64,000 nucleotides of DNA, from contig CAXXLQ010000004.1 of assembly GCA_963668695.2 (NCBI GenBank), forward strand, positions 1,248,001 to 1,312,000, written 5' to 3'. This stretch comes from Vicinamibacteria bacterium (GTDB lineage: Bacteria; Acidobacteriota; Vicinamibacteria; Marinacidobacterales; Marinacidobacteraceae). Below, one piece after another: positions 50,701 through 59,897 of this stretch. Under the pieces are notes generated by a model that searched no databases, was not told the DNA's origin, and saw only the letters and a program-made list of their open reading frames with translations. The position numbers and the translations under genes are program-made. Position 1 is the stretch's first letter. Each line of letters begins with the position of its first letter.

Positions 50701-50811
50701 CGATGGAACACTCCGCTCGGGCCGCTGCGTTTCGATTACGGAATCCGGCTCGGCGACATCGGTGATGCCCCGCGCAGGCAGTGGCATTTCACGATCGGCC
50801 ACGCCTTCTAG
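47743..50811 (+). CDS. Omp85-family (BamA/TamA) protein with POTRA domains; true start uncertain (47743-48001)
   Basis: RGYL/RGYF POTRA signatures, FFAGGATSLRGY, GLRWNTPLGPLRFDYG and FTIGHAF motifs. Confidence 0.88.
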   Translation: MSDEAPTGRTAGRWVSPRERIRAPRFCERAARLNSLWWNPGERRERGGARLTRRAREEYRVYFDRSATTNDAKRRGSAGMHRRLNAVRLCPQVVEDCWRSRVHRLLSSPGAILLAAGLLAIPSGRLAAGQAGAGQAEDPLSQRVESVVVRWADGSNEPVPEEVSRLISVRPGTRFRPLVARQSVKQVFALGRFRDVRIRSEAASGGGLRLVFELDPIPSIARFSVDGAPPGEDLGLIATLGLEVGESVPDDLPVRGEAAEGWLRSRGYLSAEVDIRSVPDGRDVLLEVRVTSGARARVAFIEAVGVEDELGRNLIPALRVSPEDPWLEAQVAARLPEVEERLRDRGFLFATASLDWRPIDTGDVRVVLSVEPGPEVTLEVEGFGASGGAAERVVNSLSERTLTLDAIEATRQQLLAQLRREGHRDGTVVVESVESPDGRRQTFRFSADPGPRYVVGAVSSEGAPPEEADGVAEALLPLRPGRPYREQEWRALTDSLRRTLRRRGYFRAEVVPLEPGPPVPVDEGLSLDLTVRVEPGPAASVRAVRFEGGSAFTDTDLSEVAAIAPGTPYVAEEIVGAREDLETFHRNRGYLEAVVEVEAPVDPVSHDAEVVFRIRPGNYFTVGGIIVAGLDTTRDSVIRSRLPFEEGDPLGSGDLLEVRRRLVSMGIFRSVDVNLLEPEEPISERNVLIQVVEGPRTSIGYGAGYSEREQVRGEGEWTRNNLFGMGHTLSLFGRFSLKGTRMVATYRGAESVEGEVPIFVSAFRESQDRESLDFIRSGIGVQVARRVLGRNLFLRYDLTTSELFDLKINPNQIDRNFADNLWLSAVSVSAVTDTRDDPVNPRRGRFGILDVEWSSALLRSRAPFLKGLAQQYLFFPVGGQVVVAVAGRLGLAWTLGADEPALVPITERFFAGGATSLRGYKLDRAGPLDPSGYPLGGNLLIVGNLEVRFPILSSLRGAVFSDHGGVYSEVNSFRVGDLGHNVGAGLRWNTPLGPLRFDYGIRLGDIGDAPRRQWHFTIGHAF
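47844..48057. mobile_element. Family-A MITE overlapping the 5' end of the Omp85 ORF
   Basis: TTAA-CAGCCTGTGG...CCACCGGCTG-CTAA. Confidence 0.7.
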
Positions 50812-50900
50812 CGGGCGACTCTTTCTCCGTAGGCGCGACGCCCGCCTCCGCGGTGCTGTCGAGGAGACCCTTGCGCTCCGGGACCAGCGGTCCGGATTAA

Positions 50901-51318
50901 CAGCCGGTGGTGGAACCCACGCGGCGTTCGGCCGGCGATCCATCCCGGCCAAACAGCCGGTGGTGGAACCCGCGCGGCGTTCGGCCAGCGATCCATCCCG
51001 GCTGAACCGCGTCGCTGCGCGCCGCTCATCGTTGCGTTTCGGTCGAAATACACTCGGTATTCCTCCCTCACGCGCCTTGTCAGCCGGACCCCCACCGGGA
51101 GAACTGGGCCTCGCCGGCCTCGGCGCTCACTCGGATTCCACCACCGGCTATTTCACCGCGTCGCTGCGCGCCGCTCATCGTTGCGTTTCGGTCGAAATAC
51201 ACCCGGGCCAGTTCTCCCGGTGGGGGCTCCTCCCTCACGCGCCTTGTCAGCCGGGCGCCTCGCCCCCACCGGGAGAACTGGCCAGCCTCGGCGCTCACCC
51301 GGGTTCCACCACAGGCTG
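50901..51318. mobile_element. Family-A MITE (2 left + 2 right modules)
   Basis: TTAA-CAGCCGGTGG...CCACAGGCTG-TAA. Confidence 0.8.
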
Positions 51319-51397
51319 TAAGACGCACGCTTTCGGCGGGGCTGTGCCAGACTGTCCAGGTGTGTCGGTTCGGACGCGGCCCGGAGGCCCGCAAAGC

Positions 51398-52114
51398 GTG
51401 AAGTACTTACCGTACGCTGGTCGGTGGGCCGCTCGTCTCGCAATGGTCGCCGCTGCCTTGGTGTTTTGCCCCGCCCCGGCGGCTTCCGGAAGCGGCGGCT
51501 CGGGGGCGCTGCGGCAAACCCAGCCAGCTTCGGAGCCCGCAGGGATCGATCGGGTGCTCGCGGTTGTCAACGGCGAACCGATTACGTTCTCTGAAGTCAT
51601 CGAGGCGGTCGCGCTCATGCCGAGAGTCAGACCGCCGCCCGCTCTTGAAGAGGCTCTGGGTCGCCTGATCGATGCACGGCTCATGGAACATGAGGCACGG
51701 CGGTATCCGCAAGAGCCGCCTTCGGAAGAGGAGAGCGAGGCGACGCTGCGGGCCCTCATGGACCGGTTTGCGACCCCGGAGGACTATCGGGCCACACTGC
51801 GGCGCCTCGGCATTGCCGAGGACTATCTACGGAAACGGATCCAGAGGGAGCTGATCGTGGACCGATATGTGGACCGCCGTTTCCGGCCTCTGGTCCAGGT
51901 CGCCCAGCGCGAAGTCGAGGAGTACTACCGGACCGTGCTGCTTCCGGATCTGGATCCCGGTTCACCGGCAACTTTGAGTGAAGTGGAGAGCCTGATTCGG
52001 AATATACTTGGACAGCGCGATCTGAACCGGCGGATTTCCGCTTGGGTGGACGAGTTGAAGTCCAGCGCCAGCATCGTGCGATTGCCGCTCTCCGAGCCGC
52101 CTCCGGCGGGCTGA
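51398..52114 (+). CDS. SurA N-terminal-domain-like periplasmic protein
   Basis: IDRVLAVVNGEPITFSEV, LIDARLM and WVDELK motifs. Confidence 0.75.
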   Translation: MKYLPYAGRWAARLAMVAAALVFCPAPAASGSGGSGALRQTQPASEPAGIDRVLAVVNGEPITFSEVIEAVALMPRVRPPPALEEALGRLIDARLMEHEARRYPQEPPSEEESEATLRALMDRFATPEDYRATLRRLGIAEDYLRKRIQRELIVDRYVDRRFRPLVQVAQREVEEYYRTVLLPDLDPGSPATLSEVESLIRNILGQRDLNRRISAWVDELKSSASIVRLPLSEPPPAG

Positions 52115-52303
52115 ATCGTTCCGGCCCCGCCGGAGCGATTCGAAGGTTCCATCCAGCGGGAAGGGAACGCTTGGTTCGGATGCGGCGTTATTAAGGTCGT
52201 TCCGCTTGGAGACGGAACGGTTAGATTGGCGAGGATGGCACGCTGCGTGCTTACCTTGTCTAGACACAAAGTAGGCCAAATCAGGAGTTGCCAGGAGGGC
52301 GTC

Positions 52304-53338
52304 ATGGACCCTACGACTACAGATTACGAAACCATCGAGTTCGTCGACGAGGCTTTCGATCTCGAGGAAGAAGAGGAAGAGTCCACTGAGGATGAGTTGG
52401 ATGAGGCTCGAGAACTCGGTCTCGCTCCGGATACCCACCAGACCGGCGATCTGGACTCGATGGGGCTCTATCTGCGGGACACGCACCGGCACCGGCTGCT
52501 CACCAAGAATGACGAGCAGCGCTACAGCCGCGCCATGCAGCAAGCCCTTCGCGACATTGAGGGCACCGAGGATCCGGCGAATACGGACGTCAATGCCTTC
52601 TACAAGAACCGGGAAAAGATGATCGAGGGGAACCTGCGCCTCGTCATCTCCATTGCCAAGCAGTCCCGAGGCAAGGGGCTCCCGCTGGGCGATCTCATCC
52701 AGGAAGGCAACATCGGACTCATGCAGGCGGTTCGCAAGTTCGAGCCGGAGCGCAATCTGAAGTTCTCGACCTATGCGACGTGGTGGATTCGGCAGGCGAT
52801 CTGGCGTGCACTTTCCCAAAAGTCCCGCACGATCAAGGTTCCTATCAACAAGCTGGATCTTCACCGCAAGGCTTCCAAGGTTCGGGCGGAACTCGAGCAG
52901 CGGTACCGGAACGATCCTGCGCGACGCGGGAAGCGGCAGTTCCCGACGACCGACGACGTCGCTCGCGAGATAGGAGTGCCCGCGGAGAGGCTTAAGGATG
53001 CGCTCCGTTCGGTGCCGCAGATTGACTCCCTCGATGCGCCGCTGGTTCCTGATGGGACGCCGCGGATCGCGCTGACTCCCGATCCGGATCAGTTGAATCC
53101 GATCGAAGGTGTCACCGATGCCGAACAGCGCCGCCACGTCCGGGATGCCATTTCGGACCTCCCCGATCGGTTGCAGCACGTGCTCAAGCGCCGCTTCGGG
53201 ATTCTGGGTGGCGGTGAGGCGAACCTCGAGGAGATCGGGCGTGAGCTTCACCTGACCCGGGAACGGGTGCGGCAGCTCGAGACCGAAGCGCTTCTCCGGC
53301 TCCGCCAGGATCCGCGCCTCCGCGTTTCCGCGGGCTAA
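52304..53338 (+). CDS. RpoD/RpoS-like sigma-70 factor (lacks region 1.1; group 2-like)
   Basis: [35 protein letters not shown] and TRERVRQLE motifs; AGGAGG RBS. Confidence 0.92.
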   Translation: MDPTTTDYETIEFVDEAFDLEEEEEESTEDELDEARELGLAPDTHQTGDLDSMGLYLRDTHRHRLLTKNDEQRYSRAMQQALRDIEGTEDPANTDVNAFYKNREKMIEGNLRLVISIAKQSRGKGLPLGDLIQEGNIGLMQAVRKFEPERNLKFSTYATWWIRQAIWRALSQKSRTIKVPINKLDLHRKASKVRAELEQRYRNDPARRGKRQFPTTDDVAREIGVPAERLKDALRSVPQIDSLDAPLVPDGTPRIALTPDPDQLNPIEGVTDAEQRRHVRDAISDLPDRLQHVLKRRFGILGGGEANLEEIGRELHLTRERVRQLETEALLRLRQDPRLRVSAG

Positions 53339-53536
53339 CAGCCTGTGGTGGAATCCGGGTGAGCGCCGAGGCCGGCCAGTTCTCCCGGTGGGGGCGAGGC
53401 GCCCGGCTGACAAGGCGCGTGAGGGAGGAATACCGAGTGTATTTCGACCGAAACGCAACGCAGAACGGAGCGCAGCGGAGTGGCTCAGCCGGGATGGATC
53501 GCCGGCCGAACGCCGCGTAGGTTTCATCACAGGCTG
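53339..53536. mobile_element. Family-A MITE at the sigma-factor stop codon
   Basis: CTAA-CAGCCTGTGG...TCACAGGCTG-TTAG. Confidence 0.78.
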
Positions 53537-53888
53537 TTAGCCCTCCCGCTCGCCATCCGGCCCCCCCTCCGGAGGGGGGCCGGCAACGCGAGCCGGCGCA
53601 TCGCCTACCTCCCTAGAGGCCAATGGTGTATCGCTACGCACCGCAGGCAACTCATGGCAGCGAACTCTGTTCGCTGTCTGCCTGCTCGGGGGAAAGTGTG
53701 GGAGCCCTCCCCCTTTCACGATCAGTAACGACCAATCGGAACTCGCCGCACTTCGGAAGCCCGGCGCGAAGCGCCGGGCGGTTCTCGGACGGGGCCCGAA
53801 CACCACCGAAGACGACAGGCGCTAACTCGACGCCACCGGTGGCCCCGTCCGGGGAGCGCTCGACGGAATACGCGGGTACGATGGCGCG

Positions 53889-55499
53889 ATGCGCCTTTTT
53901 CTGCCAACCCCTTCCGTCTTTCGGGGCGGGGTGCTTGTCGCCCTCGTCCTGCTGTCTGTCACCCGCTCCGACGCCTGGCAAGCGCGGGAAATAGACCTCA
54001 CTTCGGCCACGATCGCCGAGATCAACGAGGCAGTGGATGCCGGCGCACTGACCGCCGAGCGGCTCGTTGAGTTGTGCCTTGCCCGGATCGCCGCCTACGA
54101 CGATCAGGGGCCACGCATCAACGCCGTCATTTCGCTGAATCCCAACGCCCGGGAGCGAGCCCGGGAGTTGGACGCCGAGCGGGAGCGGTCGGGGCGCCGT
54201 TCGCCCCTCCACGGAATCCCGGTCGTGCTCAAGGACAATTTCGACACCGCGGATATCCCGACCACCGCGGGATCTTTCCTGCTTCAGGATTCGCTTCCCC
54301 CGGACGATGCCTTCGTGGTGCGGAAACTGAGGGAGGCCGGCGCCATTGTGCTGGCCAAGGTGAATCTCAGCGAATTCGCTTCCGGCGGCGCCATGAGTTC
54401 GCTCGGCGGGATCACCCGGAACCCGCACGATCCGGCCCGCACCCCCTCCGGATCGTCGGGTGGGACCGGTGCGGCCGTTGCTGCCGGCTACGGCTTCGTC
54501 GGACTGGGCTCGGACACCGGGGGATCCATCCGCGGGCCTTCCACCGCGAACGGACTTGCCGGGCTCAAACCGACGCTTGGGCTCCTCAGTCGTGACGGCA
54601 TCGTGCCGCTTGCCCTTTCCTTCGACACCGGCGGCCCGATGGCGCGTAGCGTCTACGACGTCGCGGTATCGCTGGGAACCATGGTCGGGGTGGATGAGGC
54701 TGACGCGGCGACGTCGAGAAGCGCCGGGAAGTTCCATGACGACTACACCCAGTTCCTGGATTCCGACGCCCTCGCGGGGGCTCGCCTCGGCGTAGCCCGC
54801 GACTTCATGGGGGTTGATCGCGAGGTGGACTGGACCATCGAAGCGGGCCTCGACGCGATGCGCGACGCTGGCGCCGAAGTCGTCGATGTTCGATTCCCGG
54901 AATGGCTCCTGGAGGTCGAGAGCGACTTCTACACGACCGTCCGCTGGGCGGAGTTTCGCAAGCAGATCGCGGAGTACCTGGAAGATCTCGGCGAGGGCTA
55001 CCCCAAGACGCTGGACGAACTCGTGGACCGTTCGATGGCTTTGCCTTCCCATCGGGACGGCCTTCGTCCGAATCCGGGACGCTGGAGCCTTTTCCTGCGC
55101 GAAAACGCAAGCGGGGACGTCACGGACTACGCGCACATCGCCGTACGAGAACACGCCCTGCCGCTGGTCCGTTCGCTTGTCGAGGGCCTGATGGACCAGG
55201 AGGAACTGGACGCCATCGTGTATCCGACTTCGCCGACACGACCGGCGCTGATTGATCGCCCCGCGGATCTCTATGGACCGTCTCCCATGCGCCTTGCGAA
55301 CATGAGCGGGTTCCCGGACTTGATCGTTCCTGCCGGGTTCACCGGCGGCGGCTTGCCAGTAGGCATTTCTTTCCTCGGCCGGGCGTTCAGCGAGCCGCGA
55401 CTCCTCGCGATCGGTTACGCGTTCGAGCAGCGAGTGAAGGCGCACCGGGTGCCCGAGCACACTCCGCCGCTGCCCGGTGAACGGATCAGCTATCGCTGA
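53889..55499 (+). CDS. Secreted amidase-signature family enzyme
   Basis: LHGIPVVLKD, GSSGG and GSDTGGSIRGP motifs. Confidence 0.92.
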   Translation: MRLFLPTPSVFRGGVLVALVLLSVTRSDAWQAREIDLTSATIAEINEAVDAGALTAERLVELCLARIAAYDDQGPRINAVISLNPNARERARELDAERERSGRRSPLHGIPVVLKDNFDTADIPTTAGSFLLQDSLPPDDAFVVRKLREAGAIVLAKVNLSEFASGGAMSSLGGITRNPHDPARTPSGSSGGTGAAVAAGYGFVGLGSDTGGSIRGPSTANGLAGLKPTLGLLSRDGIVPLALSFDTGGPMARSVYDVAVSLGTMVGVDEADAATSRSAGKFHDDYTQFLDSDALAGARLGVARDFMGVDREVDWTIEAGLDAMRDAGAEVVDVRFPEWLLEVESDFYTTVRWAEFRKQIAEYLEDLGEGYPKTLDELVDRSMALPSHRDGLRPNPGRWSLFLRENASGDVTDYAHIAVREHALPLVRSLVEGLMDQEELDAIVYPTSPTRPALIDRPADLYGPSPMRLANMSGFPDLIVPAGFTGGGLPVGISFLGRAFSEPRLLAIGYAFEQRVKAHRVPEHTPPLPGERISYR

Positions 55500-55510
55500 T
55501 CCGTAGGCCG

Positions 55511-56461
55511 CTAGTCCGGAATCCGCAGTACCCCTTCGGCGACCTCGACCGCCTGGCCGCCGACGCGCACGATGGAGGGTTGGCCGTTCTCGCGCTCGAC
55601 CTCCACATGGATCGAACTGGGGCGTCCGATCTCGTAGCCCTGTTCGATCACCAGACGGACCGGATCCCGACCGCCGTCCTTCGCCAATCCATGCCGGACG
55701 AGCCAAGCGCCCAGCGCCCCCGCGGCACTCCCGGTCGCCGGGTCCTCGGCCACTCCGAGTCCCGGAGCGAACATCCGGGCGTGAGCGGCGTTCTCCTCGT
55801 CGACGCACTGGGTGGAGAAGACCATCATGCAGTCTGAGCCGATTTCCTCCCTGTTGAGCAAGGCCTGCGCCGCCATCGCATCGAACTCCAGCTTTTCGAT
55901 GCTGCGAAGCGACCGTACCGGCACCATCAACTGTGGGAGCGCCGTCGAAACGACCTGTGCCGGCCTGTCGTCGGGCAGGACTTCGTCGGCGCCGATTCCG
56001 AGGCAGGCGGCGAGGGAGTTTCGGTCCGCGAACTCTGCGAAGAAACGCGGAGGCGCCTGCGTCATTACGACCTGTTGCACGGCACCGCCCGAGACTCGGA
56101 TATCCACTGGGAGCACCCCGGCGCCGCATTCCTGATGGATTCGATGGACACCGGTTCCGAGGTTCCTGAGCTTCTCACCAAGCCCCAGTTCCCCGCGCCC
56201 GGCGAGCACAAAGAACGTTCCCACGACGGGGTGCCCCGCCAGTGGAAGTTCGGTGTTGGGGGTGAAGATCCGAAGGCGGCAGAGCGCCTGCACATCGGTC
56301 GGCGGGAGTACGAACGCGGTTTCCGACAGGTTCATTTCTGCCGCGATCCGCTGCATGTCTTCGCCGGAGAGCCCCTCGGCGTCGGTGACGATGGCCAGCG
56401 GATTCCCCGCGAACGCGTGGTCGGTGAAAACGTCCGCCTGAAGGAACCGGTATTCGCGCAC
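55511..56461 (-). CDS. PhzF-family isomerase
   Basis: DVFT..GNPL, EMNLSETAF, ELPLAGHP, EDPATGSA and EQGYEIGRPS motifs. Confidence 0.92.
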   Translation of the reverse strand: MREYRFLQADVFTDHAFAGNPLAIVTDAEGLSGEDMQRIAAEMNLSETAFVLPPTDVQALCRLRIFTPNTELPLAGHPVVGTFFVLAGRGELGLGEKLRNLGTGVHRIHQECGAGVLPVDIRVSGGAVQQVVMTQAPPRFFAEFADRNSLAACLGIGADEVLPDDRPAQVVSTALPQLMVPVRSLRSIEKLEFDAMAAQALLNREEIGSDCMMVFSTQCVDEENAAHARMFAPGLGVAEDPATGSAAGALGAWLVRHGLAKDGGRDPVRLVIEQGYEIGRPSSIHVEVERENGQPSIVRVGGQAVEVAEGVLRIPD

Positions 56462-56474
56462 GAACGCCCCGAGT

Positions 56475-56960
56475 CTATCCGTTAGGAGGGAAGAGGCGAC
56501 CGCTTCGGTTGCGGTTGGGCGTTTGCTGTCCCTGCCGGATGGCTTCTTCCGAAGCGAGTTCATGGGCCCGTTCATTCCCCGGGTGCCCGGAATGACCCCG
56601 AACCCACTCGAACCGAACTGCGGGCCGCTTCGCGCGCGCGTCTGCCATCCGTCGCCACAGGTCAGCGTTCTTCACGGGGCGCCGGCCAGCCGTCTGCCAG
56701 CCGCGACGTATCCACGACGGAAGCCATTCGGTAGCGCCCTTGACCACGTACTGGCTGTCACAGATCACGGTCGCGGATATTCCGTCCGGAACGGCTTCCA
56801 CGGCCCGGATCGCGGCGGTGAGTTCCATCCGGTTGTTCGTGGTCTGCGGTTCGCCGCCGGAGAGAACGCGTTCCTCCCCAGCGCCCGAAAGGATCACGGC
56901 CGCCCAGCCCCCCGGCCCGGGGTTCCCGAGGCAGGAGCCGTCGCACGCGATACGCAGCAT
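56475..56960 (-). CDS. rnhA: Ribonuclease HI
   Basis: DGSCLGNPGPGG, TTNNRMEL, DSQYV and WVRGHSG motifs. Confidence 0.95.
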   Translation of the reverse strand: MLRIACDGSCLGNPGPGGWAAVILSGAGEERVLSGGEPQTTNNRMELTAAIRAVEAVPDGISATVICDSQYVVKGATEWLPSWIRRGWQTAGRRPVKNADLWRRMADARAKRPAVRFEWVRGHSGHPGNERAHELASEEAIRQGQQTPNRNRSGRLFPPNG

Positions 56961-56989
56961 CGACCGGTATCCTACGTTCCAAGTCGCCA

Positions 56990-57547
56990 GTGCCCTGGAT
57001 CCGCATGATTTCCCCCGACGCCCCCGAGGGCCGTACGGGGCGGCTCGGAACTCTCTACCGGCGACACCGGCGTCCTGATGGCCTCGTTGACAACATCCTT
57101 GGGGTATCCAGCTTGAACCCCGAGGCGCTGGAGCACCATCTGTCCCTGTACGAGCACCTGATGCGTGGCGAATCGGGGCTCGAGCTGGCGGAGCGGGAAC
57201 TGATTGCGGTCGCCGTTTCCGTGGTCAACGAGTGCCACTATTGAATCGAGCATCACCGGAGGGGTCTTCTCCGGCTGACGAGAGATCCGGAACTGGTGGA
57301 CGCCTTGCGCCGCGATCCCGCAGGATGTTCCCTTCCGCCGCGCCGCCGTGCTCTCGTTGACTACGCGATCAAGCTGGCGCGGACTCCGGCGAGTCTTGCC
57401 GAGGAAGACCTCGCGCCGCTCCGGAACGCCGGGCTTTCCGACCGCGACATCCACGACGCGTGTGCGGTGGCCTCCTACTACTGCTTCGTGAACCGCATGG
57501 CCACCGGCCTCGGTGTGGAGTTGGAAGAGGCGGGATCCGGGCCTTAG
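56990..57547 (+). CDS. AhpD-like / peroxidase-related protein, predicted selenoprotein (CxxU; UGA at 57242-57244)
   Basis: Two same-frame ORFs join through TGA to give VSVVNECHY-U-IEHH ... FVNRMATGLGV (185 aa). Confidence 0.85.
57256..57274 (+). promoter_or_regulatory. Putative bacterial SECIS element
   Basis: CCGGAG-GGGTCTT-CTCCGG hairpin starting 11 nt after the UGA, with a GGUCU apical loop. Confidence 0.75.
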
Positions 57548-57763
57548 CAGCCTGTGGTGGAACCCGGGTGAGCGCCGAGAGCGGGGAGGCGCCCGGCTGA
57601 CAAGGCGCGTGAGGGAGGAGCCCCCACCGGGAGAACTGGCCCGAGTGTATTTCGACCGAAACGCAACGCAGAGCGCCGCAAAGCGCCAGTTCTCCCGGTG
57701 GGGGGGCGGTTCAGGCGGGATGCATCGCCGCTCGAACGCCGCCTGGGTATTCACCACAGGCTG
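57548..57763. mobile_element. Family-A MITE with TTAG target duplication at the AhpD-like stop
   Basis: TTAG-CAGCCTGTGG...CCACAGGCTG-TTAG. Confidence 0.8.
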
Positions 57764-57817
57764 TTAGCTTCCGGGCCGGTTGGCAGGCTGTTAGCTTCCG
57801 GGCCGGTTGGCAGGCTC

Positions 57818-59782
57818 TCAGCGAACCCCCTGGCTGCCTACGGCGTGGTCGAGTCTTTCGAGTTCTTCGTAAAGAGACGGCAATCGGCTCTTGAGATCCT
57901 CGTAGGTAGCGGTGACCTCCCGGGATCCTTCGCGATCGCCGAAGAAGCCGGGAGCGGCCATGCGCGCTTCCAGGCTCTCGACGGCCGCTTCGGTGTCCGC
58001 GATCGTTTCGAACACTTCCCGCCATTCACGCCGTAATTGCCGCAGGCGGTTCTTGCCCGGTGGCCGGCGCTCGCCAACCGCGGTCGTCTGCTTCGCGTCC
58101 CGCTTCGGCCGCTTGGCCACGCTTGCCGCCCGGGCGTCAGGGGCCGGGGGCCCCTTCTCGGCGGGCGCCGGGGGCCGCTTCTCGGCGGGCGTCGTCGGGC
58201 TGGTTCTCGCGAGGTAGTCCGAATAGTTGCCCCAGTAAAGAGCCGCCCCGCCGCCGCCGATCGCTGCTACCCGGGTGGCCAGGGCGTCCATGAAGTGCCG
58301 GTCGTGGGCGACGAACACGATGGTTCCCTGATAGGTCGAGAGGGCGTTCAGCAGCGCTGCTTTGGCATCCAGATCGAGATGGTTGGTGGGCTCGTCGAGC
58401 AACAGGAGGTTTGCGGGACGAAGGAACAGCCGAGCCAGTGCCAGTCGACTTCGTTCTCCTCCTGACAGGACCTCTGTCTTTTTTTCCACCGTGTCTCCGG
58501 AGAAAAGGAACGCGCCGAGGATGTTGCGGATCTCGGGAAGCATCGAGAGCGGCGCCGCGTCGGCCATGGTCTCCCGCACGCTGCGCGCGGGATCCAGGTC
58601 GTGCCGGTCGGGTCCGTAGTAGGCGATGCGGGCGTTATGGCCGAGTTCACGCGTTCCCGAATTCGGAGGGTCCTCGCCGGCGATGAGACGGATGAGGGTG
58701 GATTTCCCGGCGCCGTTCGGACCGACGAGCGCCAGGCGCTGACCGCGTTCCACGACCAGATCCACGCCGCGGAAGACTTCGTTATCCCCGAACGCTCTTG
58801 CGATGCCGGTAAGCGTCACGAGAATCCTGCCCGAGCGCGGCGGATGCGGCAGTCGCAGTGCTACCCGTCGGGGCTCCGGAGGTACTTCGATCCGCTCGAT
58901 CTTTTCGAGCATGCGGACCCGGCTCTGAACCTGCCGCGCCCGACTGGCCTGGTAGCGGAAACGGCTGATGAAGCGCTCGGTACGTTCGATTTCGGCCGCC
59001 TGCTCAGCAGCCCGCTTCCGCAGGTCGGCGATTTCGGCCGCCCGTTGGGACTCGTACCGGCTGTAGTTTCCGGGGTAGTTGCCAAGGCGACCGAGCCCGA
59101 TCTCGGTGATCCGCGTAACCACGGAATCGAGAAAAAACCGGTCGTGGGCGACCAGCACCAGTCCTCCGCGGTGCCGTGCGACGAATCCGAGCAACCAGGT
59201 TCGGGCCTCGATGTCCAGGTAGTTTGTTGGTTCATCGAGGAGAACGAGATCGTTCGCTTCGACCAGCAACCGGGCGAGGGCGATTCGCATCTGCCAACCC
59301 TGGCTGAAGGTTTCCACGGGGTGGTCCTGATCCGCGGTGGCGAATCCCAGACCGGAAAGCACTTCGCTGATGCGGACATCCATTTCGTATCCGCCGCGGC
59401 GCTGCCACTCCTCTTCCAGTTCTCCGTAGCGTGCGAGGAGTTCCGGCTCATCGCGCGTCTGGGACAGTCGCTCGGCTACCTCCTCCTGCTCCCGGCGCAG
59501 CCGCAGCAGGTCGGCGAAGGCAGTGCGCACTTCTTCAAAGACGCTGCGGCCCGTCAGCTGGAGACCGTCCTGGGGCAGGTATCCGACCCGCTTGCCCTTG
59601 GCCAGCACAACCTTTCCGCCGTCCAGCGGGACTTTTCCCGCCAGAATCTTCAGCAGGGTGGATTTCCCGGATCCGTTGGGTCCGACCAGACCGATGCGAT
59701 CGCCGTTGCCGACCTGCCAGGACACTTCACGGAGCAGGACCTGTTCCCCGTAGGCCTTCGAGACCCCGACGAGCTGGATCAT
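57818..59782 (-). CDS. ABC-F family ATPase
   Basis: Two NBDs (GPNGSGKST, GPNGAGKST, DEPTN twice), no TM segments, C-terminal coiled coil. Confidence 0.93.
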   Translation of the reverse strand: MIQLVGVSKAYGEQVLLREVSWQVGNGDRIGLVGPNGSGKSTLLKILAGKVPLDGGKVVLAKGKRVGYLPQDGLQLTGRSVFEEVRTAFADLLRLRREQEEVAERLSQTRDEPELLARYGELEEEWQRRGGYEMDVRISEVLSGLGFATADQDHPVETFSQGWQMRIALARLLVEANDLVLLDEPTNYLDIEARTWLLGFVARHRGGLVLVAHDRFFLDSVVTRITEIGLGRLGNYPGNYSRYESQRAAEIADLRKRAAEQAAEIERTERFISRFRYQASRARQVQSRVRMLEKIERIEVPPEPRRVALRLPHPPRSGRILVTLTGIARAFGDNEVFRGVDLVVERGQRLALVGPNGAGKSTLIRLIAGEDPPNSGTRELGHNARIAYYGPDRHDLDPARSVRETMADAAPLSMLPEIRNILGAFLFSGDTVEKKTEVLSGGERSRLALARLFLRPANLLLLDEPTNHLDLDAKAALLNALSTYQGTIVFVAHDRHFMDALATRVAAIGGGGAALYWGNYSDYLARTSPTTPAEKRPPAPAEKGPPAPDARAASVAKRPKRDAKQTTAVGERRPPGKNRLRQLRREWREVFETIADTEAAVESLEARMAAPGFFGDREGSREVTATYEDLKSRLPSLYEELERLDHAVGSQGVR

Positions 59783-59897
59783 GGTTTCCGCGGAGAACCG
59801 TATCGTGGGGAACGGCCTTCCGGCCGGGTTTCAGGATGACCGTGGAAACTGCCTCCGCCCGCTGGAACCCATCAGGGTTGGTCATAATGTGGAGTCC

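Noticed and set aside
57242-57244. Genome-wide UGA reassignment (genetic code 4 or 25)
   Set aside because: TGA terminates many genes at their expected ends (amt, P-II, glnA, hslV), so readthrough here is site-specific.
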